The notes beneath the pieces are model-generated. The model was not told the origin of the DNA, did no database searches, and saw nothing but the letters and a program-made list of their open reading frames with translations. A stretch of 64,000 nucleotides of DNA. Origin: Sedimentisphaerales bacterium (GTDB lineage: Bacteria > Planctomycetota > Phycisphaerae > Sedimentisphaerales > SM23-30). The position numbers were made by a program, and so were the translations under genes. The DNA lies in assembly GCA_963663965.2 (NCBI GenBank), contig CAXXFK010000029.1:64001-128000 (forward strand), written 5' to 3'. This document shows positions 43,900 through 53,040 of this stretch, in pieces (position 1 is the first letter of the stretch; each line of letters starts with the position of its first letter).

Positions 43900-44745
43900 T
43901 TATCCATTTTTCATGTAAGTTGCCGGTTGAATATACTTATAGGGATGATTAATCCCGGTTAACGATTCGGAATGTCCGATAAATAGAACTCCCATTTTGT
44001 CCAGGCAATGGTAGAAACGATTAACCAGTTTTTCCTGAGTTGATTTATCAAAATAGATCATGACATTTCTGCAAAAAATTCCATCAAACGGTCCTTTGAA
44101 TGGCCAGGGTTCCATAAGATTCAAATATCTGAAACGGATCATTTTTTTTAAATCGGGCCGCACCTGGTGAACTTTCCGCCCGGTTAGAGAACTGGTTGAG
44201 AAAAAACGATGGCGCTGTTGCTGAGTAAGGGGTTGAATGCGAGCATCGTCGAACTCGCCCGCGGCAGCCTGCTCGAGCATGCGGGTTGACACATCCGTGG
44301 CCAGAATCAGGATGTCCCAGCCGGTCAAATCCTGGAAAAATTCACGAAGTACAATGGCCAGGGTGTAGGGTTCTTCACCTGAAGAGCAACCTGCCGACCA
44401 GAACCGGATTTTATGAGATCCCGCTTTTTTCTTGCGTTCGATCAAGGACGGTAAATATTCCCGGGAAAGATAATCAAAATGGCTGTTTTCTCGAAAAAAA
44501 CTGGTCAGATTCGTACTGATGGAATCAACCAGCTTGAAAAATTCAGCTTCATCGTGTAGCGCAAAATCCAGGTAAGTATCCACCTGATTGATACGAACAT
44601 CCCGCATGCGTTTCGCCAGCCTGGCACGAACCAGCGCACGTTTCCCGTTATGCAGGTTGATACCGCAATGGTTATAAATAATATCACTGATTCGTCGGAA
44701 ATCGGCTTCTTTCAGTTCGACTTTTTCTTCCAGTAATTCATTCAT
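43900..44745 (-). CDS. cheR: Chemotaxis methyltransferase
   Basis: TNLTSFFRE, WSAGCSSGEEPYT, FCRNVMIYF, GHSESL. Confidence 0.96.
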   Translation of the reverse strand: MNELLEEKVELKEADFRRISDIIYNHCGINLHNGKRALVRARLAKRMRDVRINQVDTYLDFALHDEAEFFKLVDSISTNLTSFFRENSHFDYLSREYLPSLIERKKKAGSHKIRFWSAGCSSGEEPYTLAIVLREFFQDLTGWDILILATDVSTRMLEQAAAGEFDDARIQPLTQQQRHRFFSTSSLTGRKVHQVRPDLKKMIRFRYLNLMEPWPFKGPFDGIFCRNVMIYFDKSTQEKLVNRFYHCLDKMGVLFIGHSESLTGINHPYKYIQPATYMKNG

Positions 44746-47432
44746 GCGGCTTCCACCTCTGTGCTTCGGCTACATTTATGAGACAACTGGATCAATCCTG
44801 GAACATCCAGAATCAAACTCACATTTCCGTTCCCCATGATCGCTCCGCCGGAAATTCCCTGAATTGAACCCAGATAGGTTCCAAGGCTTTTAATGACCAC
44901 TTGCTGCTGGCCGAGTAATGAATCCACTTGAACGCCACAACGCTGCTCGCCATCGGAAACAATGACGACCAGTGATTCACAGGGATCGGTATGTTCCGGC
45001 GTCACGTTGAAGATCCGATGCAAGCGGATGAGCGGCAGAAGTTCACCACGAACCATAATCATTTCACCACGTCCCCCCTGAGCCGTTGATAACTGAGTTT
45101 GCGCCGGTCGAAAATTCTGCTCAATCGATATAATCGGTATAATATAATGTTCCTTCCCGACAGTGACTTCCTGTCCATCAATGACGGCCAGAGTCAAAGG
45201 AAGATAGATCGTAAAAGTCGTCCCTTCTCCCAGTTTGGAATCGATATCAATCCGTCCCCGCAACGATTCGATGTTCTTACGGACAACATCCATGCCAACA
45301 CCACGGCCGGATATGCTGGTAACCTGCTCGGCTGTAGAAAGACCGGCATGGAAAATCAACCGATAGATATCCTGGTCTGATAAGTCGGCGCCTTCCTTGA
45401 TAATGCCTGATGCGAGCGCTTTTTTCAGAATTTTTTCCTTATTCAATCCGCGTCCGTCATCGGTGATCTGAATAACGATATTTCCGCCTTTATGGCAGGC
45501 TTTTAGAGAAATTCGGCCCGTTCCGGGCTTGCCATTCTGGATGCGATCTCCAGGCAATTCAATGCCATGATCAACGGAATTGCGGATCATGTGAACCAGG
45601 GGGTCTGCAATGGCTTCAACCACATTACGATCCAGTTCAGTTTCAGCCCCGATAATCTGGAAATCAATTTCTTTTTCCGCTTTCCGAGACAAATCCCGCA
45701 CCAAACGAGCCATTTTCTGGAAAACGCCCTGGACAGGAACCATTCGCATGGACATGGAAAGTTCCTGCAAATCCCTCGTAATTTTTTCGAGATGCCGGGT
45801 ATTCCGTTCCAAACGTTGATTGGATTTAACCATGTCTCCCAGATCCTGGCTAACCATGGATTGTGCGATCACCAATTCTCCAACCATATTGATCATGGCA
45901 TCTAATCGTTCGGTCGTGACTTTGACCGTACTTTCTGTACCCGTTTTCTGGGGAGACCGGGCGCCATTACCAGCCGCATTAGATTTTACGGCAGCCTGCT
46001 GATCGACTTTCATTTGGTTCTGAATGATCACCGCCTGATCGATCTGCTCCCTGGTTGCTATTCCAGATTCTACCAGCACATCGCCGAGTTTAGAAGGTTG
46101 TTCGCTTTCCCGTTGGAATTTTAAAGCATTTCGAACACTGTCTGCATTAATATTATTTTGTTCGATCAGAACTTCGCCCAACCGTTTCACGGGAGCTTCG
46201 CCCGCAGCACAAGATTTGATGCGAGAAATCAGTTCATTGAGCAGGGGATACGGTTTGATGACGCTATTTTGTTCTACCCCAGTACGCAATCCGCCCATCA
46301 TGCGTTTCATGACATCGATGGATTCAAATACTACATCAATATTCGTACCGGAAAGCACCAAATTTCCCTTGCGGGCCAGATCGAGCAGGTTTTCCGTGGC
46401 ATGAGCCAAAGCGCCGATCTGTTTCAGATTTAAAAAGCCTGCGACGCCTTTGATGGTGTGGAAGGCTCGAAAGATAGCATTGATTCTTTCGGGATCTTCG
46501 GGCGCTTCCTCGATATCGAGTAAATCCGCTTCCGCATGTTCGAGATGTTCATATGATTCACTGACAAAATCCATGACCAATGGCACATCGCTTTCCGCGA
46601 TTAGCATGTCTTCGTGGACTTCCGTACCGGCAGTCCCATCAGAAACCTCGTTAAGGGCCGGTGGCTGGACCGCTTCGGAACTTTTTTGATGTTTTTTGTT
46701 TTCACTATCGACAGTCTGTTGAGAGCCAATCAGCCGATTGACGGCATTTTGCATCCAGTCTTTGTGTTCCAGCAGTTTTTCCCCGGGGAAAGTGTTGGGT
46801 GTTTCGATGATTAATGATTCCGCTTCATGGCAGACCGCGGCGAATTCATTTAATCCCATCAGGGCTGACTCGCCTTTCATATTATGCAAAAGCCCTTTGA
46901 TGGTATTGGCATTTTCGACGGATGGATTTTTTTCGCCGGCCAGAATTGCCGATTCAAGACTATCGATTTCATGTGGAATATTAGCAAGAAATTCGCGAAA
47001 AATGTCTTCATCCACATTGTCGGGCAATTGAATACAGAGATTGTTGGAGGATGTTTCCGAAAGAGACTCGTTTAGCGTAATGGCTAATTTGTCCGGAAAA
47101 CGGATATGAGAGACACTACGATTTTGGCTGAGACAATCGACCAGTTGCTGGATTGTCTTTGTGGTTTCTTCTATCAAACAGATCGCAGGTTTGATTTCAT
47201 CCACTTCATCTAAAATGATTTTTTCAATCAAGTCGGCAATGCGATCTGCGGCCTGCTTTACACATTTCATACCGTCAGTATCGCCACATGATGTTTCCGA
47301 TGCAAATGAGGCGATGGTTTGATAATGGGTATGCAACGATGCCAGGCCTATCAGATCATCATTGTCAATCATGATTACCTTCAGAGCGGCGGCTTCAATT
47401 TCATCGATCAGAGGTTTCATACTATGGCTCAA
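44742..47432 (-). CDS. cheA: CheA histidine kinase with two Hpt domains and an MshEN-like insert
   Basis: LLHNMKGES and AFHTIKGVA Hpt motifs; RLGEVLI/KLGDVLV repeats; HMIRNSVDHG, DDGRG, SGRGVGMD; C-terminal CheW-like domain. Confidence 0.95.
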   Translation of the reverse strand: MSHSMKPLIDEIEAAALKVIMIDNDDLIGLASLHTHYQTIASFASETSCGDTDGMKCVKQAADRIADLIEKIILDEVDEIKPAICLIEETTKTIQQLVDCLSQNRSVSHIRFPDKLAITLNESLSETSSNNLCIQLPDNVDEDIFREFLANIPHEIDSLESAILAGEKNPSVENANTIKGLLHNMKGESALMGLNEFAAVCHEAESLIIETPNTFPGEKLLEHKDWMQNAVNRLIGSQQTVDSENKKHQKSSEAVQPPALNEVSDGTAGTEVHEDMLIAESDVPLVMDFVSESYEHLEHAEADLLDIEEAPEDPERINAIFRAFHTIKGVAGFLNLKQIGALAHATENLLDLARKGNLVLSGTNIDVVFESIDVMKRMMGGLRTGVEQNSVIKPYPLLNELISRIKSCAAGEAPVKRLGEVLIEQNNINADSVRNALKFQRESEQPSKLGDVLVESGIATREQIDQAVIIQNQMKVDQQAAVKSNAAGNGARSPQKTGTESTVKVTTERLDAMINMVGELVIAQSMVSQDLGDMVKSNQRLERNTRHLEKITRDLQELSMSMRMVPVQGVFQKMARLVRDLSRKAEKEIDFQIIGAETELDRNVVEAIADPLVHMIRNSVDHGIELPGDRIQNGKPGTGRISLKACHKGGNIVIQITDDGRGLNKEKILKKALASGIIKEGADLSDQDIYRLIFHAGLSTAEQVTSISGRGVGMDVVRKNIESLRGRIDIDSKLGEGTTFTIYLPLTLAVIDGQEVTVGKEHYIIPIISIEQNFRPAQTQLSTAQGGRGEMIMVRGELLPLIRLHRIFNVTPEHTDPCESLVVIVSDGEQRCGVQVDSLLGQQQVVIKSLGTYLGSIQGISGGAIMGNGNVSLILDVPGLIQLSHKCSRSTEVEAA

Positions 47433-47790
47433 TCTCCCCGGTTCCTCTTAAGGTCCGGTAACATATTGTCACTCTCAATCAGTAAATGAATTAGTACAAA
47501 TGCTTAATCGGGTTACAATAGAAGTGGCTTTAAATGGTTGGACTAAAAGAACTGAGATTCTTTTTAAAGGAACGCTAAATCAGTTAAAACGCGTTTACGA
47601 CCGGGATGGAATAAGGGATTTCCGAGATTTGTTAAACGTTACGGTATCGTTTATTAGGCACTAAAATTCAAATCAGTCCCTGAGTGGAACGTGTCTTGAA
47701 TATCAAGAAAAGAATAAGCGTTTATCAAGGATTATAAACCCAAAGATTTGTTTCTATCTAGTTATCGGTCAGAGTGTTCCGGGTAGGGGA

Positions 47791-48519
47791 TTATCCTGGG
47801 AAGCGGCGGAGTATGCCAACTACAATTCCCTGGATATTAATATTTTTAATCCTGATGGGTGGGTAATCGGGATTTGAGGCTTGCAGACGGATAAAGCCCT
47901 TTTCTTTGAAAAACCGTTTTAATGTTGCTTCATTATTACTGAGAATCGCGACAACAATATCGCCATTTCTTGCTTCGTGACTGGGTTTAACCAGAACGAT
48001 ATCCCCATCACAGATATGATCATCGATCATACTATCGCCTTTAACAGACAGGGCGAAAGTTCCTTCACGCGTTTCAAAAAGTTTGCGAAGATCAATCCAA
48101 TCCGGGTTTTCAATGGCTTCGATCGGTTTGCCGGCGGCGATAGAACCGGCCAATCGATATTGGCCAGGTTCAACAGCGGGGGATTTTTTCGGGGATAATG
48201 CCGTGATGGTTTGTCGGTCAGGAACAGATTTAGTCCCTGACAGCCGCACCGACTCTGAGATGATCAAAGAGCGAGCTTTGTTGGCTTCGCGTCGAAGAAT
48301 GCCTTTTTTTACGAGAGCTTCGACATGCTCGAACACGGTGACTTTGCTTAGTTTGAGATTTTCGGCCAATTCCTGCAGGGTCGGGGAACAACCATGGTCG
48401 TTCCGGTAATCCTGGATCATACGTAATATCTGGACCTGGCGAGGGGTGAGTATTGCCGGATGCCGGAGGGTTGCGTTTAGCGATTCCCTGGACCGTCCGG
48501 TTTTTAATTTGGGTGGCAT
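47791..48519 (-). CDS. lexA: SOS repressor LexA
   Basis: LTPRQ..SPTLQEL HTH, IAAG cleavage site, GDSM Ser, ATLKR Lys; GGAGAG RBS. Confidence 0.95.
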   Translation of the reverse strand: MPPKLKTGRSRESLNATLRHPAILTPRQVQILRMIQDYRNDHGCSPTLQELAENLKLSKVTVFEHVEALVKKGILRREANKARSLIISESVRLSGTKSVPDRQTITALSPKKSPAVEPGQYRLAGSIAAGKPIEAIENPDWIDLRKLFETREGTFALSVKGDSMIDDHICDGDIVLVKPSHEARNGDIVVAILSNNEATLKRFFKEKGFIRLQASNPDYPPIRIKNINIQGIVVGILRRFPG

Positions 48520-48829
48520 TGTTATCTCTCCACGTAGTGTTAGTTTTTGCTGGTGAAGGCTGGCTGATCGTTTCGCAATCGATCAAATAGATTTTTTCGA
48601 CGGCAGGTTGATGAGATTCCTGTTCAATTTGATAACAGTCTAAACCCAGTAAAACCCGAATATTAGCCATCAAACTGGTTAAAACACGTCCGGATTGGGA
48701 ACTCATTTCCTGAAGTTTGCGGGTTTTTTCGTAACTTTCAGGCCAGTGGGTGACATAATCGCCACCTGGTCCAAATTGACAGACAGGAATTTTTTTGTCA
48801 GAGGGATTTGGTTTATTCTGCGAAAACAT
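48230..48829 (-). CDS. Hypothetical protein upstream of lexA, overlapping it out of frame by 290 nt
   Basis: ATG with AGGAG RBS 6 nt upstream; 199-codon frame; QQSSLFD near the C-terminus. Confidence 0.55.
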   Translation of the reverse strand: MFSQNKPNPSDKKIPVCQFGPGGDYVTHWPESYEKTRKLQEMSSQSGRVLTSLMANIRVLLGLDCYQIEQESHQPAVEKIYLIDCETISQPSPAKTNTTWRDNNATQIKNRTVQGIAKRNPPASGNTHPSPGPDITYDPGLPERPWLFPDPAGIGRKSQTKQSHRVRACRSSRKKRHSSTRSQQSSLFDHLRVGAAVRD

Positions 48830-48849
48830 GATAGGCTCCTGAGCAGGAT

Positions 48850-48976
48850 TTACCTGTCCCTAACTTCCAGGTATTGTTCAAACGCCAAAAACCGGCAGGA
48901 ACATCCTATAATAACCGGCATAAAACCAGTGTTACTGGTTAGGTGTTTGTTAGGGTATTATAGTATCGACCCGAAC
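48850..48976. promoter_or_regulatory. lexA-operon promoter region with candidate operator half-sites
   Basis: Minus-strand TATAAT at 48957-48962; GTTAGG at 48938 and 48949 (GTTA-N7-GTTA); TTAC-N7-TAAC at 48850-48864; CCGAAC at 48971. Confidence 0.5.
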
Positions 48977-49143
48977 AGATTTCTGCCATGATTTTTTTTA
49001 GTTTTTTTGTTTAAATTTTTCTATAGAACGAGTAGATTCATAACTGATTTTAATTTAACAGGTTACGTTTGAAATTGATTTGACGTGTATTTAAGTTGCT
49101 GTAATATAATGAGATACAATTTTAATGCCTTTATTTCAATCAT

Positions 49144-50281
49144 ATGTTGACTAAAGTGAAAGAAGTAATCGAATTTAAATCTGACTCTGAGGGTCAATTA
49201 GATCTGTATGTCCATGGCCGGCTAGACTATCATTATGTTGCCCGGCAATGGTTGCAAATTCAAAAGCAAATTGAAAGACATTCATGTCGCAATCTGATTA
49301 TCCATGGTGAAGGCATGGATTACTGTGATGCCTCGGGAGTTTGTCTTCTGAGAGTGATCTATGACAAGCACCAGGCAGCAGGGGGGGCGTGCCGACTGGA
49401 CGGTTTCAAATCTCATGTCCTTTATCAATTTAATCTTGCCGAGCCAATTAAAAAACCTTCTGATGGATTTCAGGGATTAAAATGTTTATGCGATTGGATT
49501 GAACTTTACGGGAATAAGGCCGTTCAGTTTGCTCTGGACATTCGTCAACAAATCGAATTCATTGGTCATACCGGATCTGCGCTAGTAACGGTGATTTTGA
49601 AACCATCACGATTACGCTGGCTGGATACTTTTTGGACCATCCAGGCGGCGGGTGTCCAGGCGTTTGGGATTATTGCGCTGGTCAGCCTTTTGCTGGGTTT
49701 AATTCTGGCGTTTCAATCGGCAATCCCCTTAAGACAATTTGGCGCCCAGATATTCGTTGCGGATTTGGTGGCCATTTCTGTAGCTCGTGAACTGGGACCT
49801 TTATTGACGGCGATCATTCTTGCGGGCAGGACCGGGAGCGCCTTCGCGGCAGAGTTGGGCACTATGAAAGTTAATGAAGAATTAAATGCGCTGCACACGA
49901 TGGGGGCTCGATCCCGTAAGGTTCCTGGTAGCGCCACGAGTATTGGCGGCCTTGTTCGTCACGCCATTACTTTCGGTTTTTTCAATCGCCTTTGCATTGA
50001 TTGGCGCCGCGATCGTAATGCAGACCCTTGGTTTTACTATGGTCGCGTACATCAATCAAATTCAGAATGCTGTTTCATTAAAAGATATCTGGGGAGGACT
50101 GTTTAAGGCCTTATTTTTTGGATTGCTGGTGGCGTCGATTGGCTGTCAACGTGGTTTGCAGACCGGATCGGGCGCTCGTGCCGTCGGGGTCTCGGCAACT
50201 CGCGCTGTTGTCAGTGGTATTTTTCTGATATTAATTGCAGATGGCTTGTTTGCCGTGGTATTTTACATACTAGGGATATGA
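49144..50281 (+). CDS. mlaE: STAS + MlaE-family ABC permease, frameshifted by an extra G at 49902-49906
   Basis: YCDASG STAS motif; RELGPLLTAIILAGRTGSAFAAELGTMKVNEE; joins as MGLDPVRFLVAPR if one G is removed. Confidence 0.88.
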
Positions 50282-51072
50282 CACAAGAAAATAATCCAAA
50301 TATTATTCAAGTTAAAAATCTGACAACGGCTTACGGTTCAACCGTAATTCATGAAGATATTTCATTTGAAGTCAGCCGTGGCCAGATATTTGTTATTCTG
50401 GGGGGATCGGGATGTGGAAAAAGCACGTTAATGAAGCACATGATTGGCTTGTATCGGCCGGTAAAAGGCCAGATCCTGATTGACAATATCGATATTGTGC
50501 AGGCCAATGCCCATGTTATGAGAGAATTGTATCGCAAGTTTGGGGTGATGTATCAGGGTGGGGCATTGTTCGGTTCGATGACCGTACTGCAGAATGTCCG
50601 GCTGGTACTGGAAGAATTTACCCGATTGCCGACGGCAGCCATGAATGCTTTGGCTGCCATGAAACTGGCCATGGTCGGGTTGGCGGATGCCGCGAACAAA
50701 CTGCCCTCGGAACTCAGCGGAGGGATGCAAAAGCGAGCGGCCATATCCCGGGCCATGGCGTTGGATCCGGATATAATTTTTCTGGATGAGCCTTCCGCCG
50801 GCCTTGATCCCATCACCTCGGCAGATCTGGATCAGTTGATACGGTCACTTTCGCGCGAATTAGGCATTACGTTTGTGATTGTCAGTCATGAATTAGCCAG
50901 CATTTATTCCATCGCGGATCATGTCATTATGCTGGATAAGATGACGCGAAAAATTATCGCATCCGGCGATCCCAAGACTTTACGAGAAACAGCCAGTGAA
51001 CCATGGGTTCGAGCCTTTTTCAACCGACAAACCAGCGCCACTATTTCCGACAATCAAGAGGAAACGACATGA
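50278..51072 (+). CDS. mlaF: MlaF-family ABC ATPase
   Basis: GGSGCGKS, LSGGMQKR, LDEPSAGLDP, VSHEL. Confidence 0.92.
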   Translation: MTQENNPNIIQVKNLTTAYGSTVIHEDISFEVSRGQIFVILGGSGCGKSTLMKHMIGLYRPVKGQILIDNIDIVQANAHVMRELYRKFGVMYQGGALFGSMTVLQNVRLVLEEFTRLPTAAMNALAAMKLAMVGLADAANKLPSELSGGMQKRAAISRAMALDPDIIFLDEPSAGLDPITSADLDQLIRSLSRELGITFVIVSHELASIYSIADHVIMLDKMTRKIIASGDPKTLRETASEPWVRAFFNRQTSATISDNQEETT

Positions 51073-52181
51073 AATTAAAAATCAACTATTTTGGTATCGG
51101 TTTGTTTATCATAGGAGCGTTCGCTTTGGTATTGGCCGGCGTGATTTTCTGGGGAGCCGATAGTTTCAGTCGAAATAAATATTTTATAGAAACTTACTTT
51201 GACGAAACAGTGCAGGGATTGAATATCGGATCGCCAGTCTATTACCGCGGGGTTAAAATCGGGGAGGTGCACGATATTGCGTTTGCCGTGATGAACTATC
51301 CAGAAATATCCCAGGCCAGCAAATTCAGCAAATATATCCAGGTAACCATCTCCATGACACAGGAACGGTCCGGGGCGCGCAAGCATCCTCCGATTACGAT
51401 TTTACGGCGCCTGATTGAAGAAGGGTTGCGATTACGATTGGTCACCCAGCCATTGACCGGCATTGCTTACGTTGAAGCCGATTATGTTGATCCGGAACTT
51501 TATCCCGAACTAGAGATCGCCTGGGAACCGGCTTCGACTTATATTCCCAGCGCCCCCAGTCTGTTAAGCAAGCTGACCCAAACCGCGGAAAACGCGTTTA
51601 AACGCCTGTCAGAGATGGATATTAACGCCCTGCTGAATAAAGCGGATCAATTGTTAACGAATTTAAATCAAGTGGTTGTGGATGCTCAAATCAAAACAGT
51701 CAGTGATGAGGTGATTAAAACAGTCAAGGATTTTGGTTTGCTCAGCAGTCAGACACGGCAATATCTGTCCCCTGACGACAGTTCACAACCCAAGACAACT
51801 CTGGATGATGTTCTTGGCGCACTTACGGACCTGATTGGAACACTGGAGTCGGAAGTTCAGAAGATTCAGTTTGAAAAAGTGAGTGAAGAGCTTATAGTCC
51901 TGTTAAAAGAGTTGCAGCAAACCAACGATAAAATTCAGGCGTTGGCGATGAGTTCGCCTGACAAGCCACAAGCAACCGTTGAAGATGTTCTGACTTCGAT
52001 CGAATCTACCTCAGATAATGTCGGTCATATGGCACAGCGGATGGAGCCTGAAATTGTCAATTTAATAAACAGTCTTGTCCGCACTACTAATGAGCTGAAA
52101 ACTTTAATAAACGATTTGCAGGAACATCCCAGCCGTACGATTTTCAGTGGACCTCCTGCTCCGACGGAGATTGAACCATGA
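51069..52181 (+). CDS. mlaD: MlaD/MCE-domain protein
   Basis: N-terminal TM; VQGLNIGSPVYYRGVKIGEV MCE motif; long helical tail. Confidence 0.9.
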   Translation: MKLKINYFGIGLFIIGAFALVLAGVIFWGADSFSRNKYFIETYFDETVQGLNIGSPVYYRGVKIGEVHDIAFAVMNYPEISQASKFSKYIQVTISMTQERSGARKHPPITILRRLIEEGLRLRLVTQPLTGIAYVEADYVDPELYPELEIAWEPASTYIPSAPSLLSKLTQTAENAFKRLSEMDINALLNKADQLLTNLNQVVVDAQIKTVSDEVIKTVKDFGLLSSQTRQYLSPDDSSQPKTTLDDVLGALTDLIGTLESEVQKIQFEKVSEELIVLLKELQQTNDKIQALAMSSPDKPQATVEDVLTSIESTSDNVGHMAQRMEPEIVNLINSLVRTTNELKTLINDLQEHPSRTIFSGPPAPTEIEP

Positions 52182-52816
52182 TACCCTTTCGTATAATTAT
52201 TGTATATGTATTACTGGCCGGTCTGATCGGTTGTCAATCGGGTAAGATGGCTATGGAACGACAATATTATGTGCTGGATTGTGAGCCTGTTCAACAGGAA
52301 ATGGCGTTAGATGCGTCCAAGCCTGATTTGATGGTCCGCCCCATAGCGATCGCGTCAGTTTATGAACGGGATAATTTCCTGATACGCCGCGATGTCGCCG
52401 CGTATTCAGCGGATTATTATCATATGTTTTTAACCGATCCCCAAGATCAGATCACCGATCTGACCCGGCGCTGGCTGGCTGCCAGTGGAATATTTTCGTC
52501 TGTATCCCGACCGTCTCAAAATCCAGTCAGCGCCTATGAATTAAATGGTACGATCGAAAAACTGGAAATAGATCTACAAAATAAGGAACAGCCTCGATGT
52601 GTATTTGCGATACGTTTCTTTTTGACTACTACCCAGGGGCAAGTTCGACAAGTTGTTTTCAATCGATATTATTCATCCGAGAAAATTCCAGAATCCATTC
52701 ATGCCAACCCTATCGTCAATGGATGGAATGAATGTATTAAGGAGATTTTGGGCCGGTTGGAAAATGACTTGGGAGAGGTTGTGAGGTTATACAGCGTGGA
52801 TAATGAGTCACATTGA
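52178..52816 (+). CDS. ABC-transport auxiliary lipoprotein (PqiC/DUF330-like)
   Basis: LIGC lipobox, QYYVL; last gene of the MCE operon. Confidence 0.8.
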   Translation: MIPFRIIIVYVLLAGLIGCQSGKMAMERQYYVLDCEPVQQEMALDASKPDLMVRPIAIASVYERDNFLIRRDVAAYSADYYHMFLTDPQDQITDLTRRWLAASGIFSSVSRPSQNPVSAYELNGTIEKLEIDLQNKEQPRCVFAIRFFLTTTQGQVRQVVFNRYYSSEKIPESIHANPIVNGWNECIKEILGRLENDLGEVVRLYSVDNESH

Positions 52817-53040
52817 TCATTGGGAGTGGGATCTGGAGCGATTGCCGGGCAAGATAAGACAGGCGCAACATGATGTGAAATAATGAGCTACGGGGATTGT
52901 TGTTGAATTTAGCTTATTTGGGATCTGCATTAGCGGATTTAGAAAAATGAAGTATATTTAATCATAAGTCCGGTTAGTACGATATATCTTGTAATACGGC
53001 ATTTTAGCCGAAATTATCGAATAATCTGTGAGGGTTAGAA

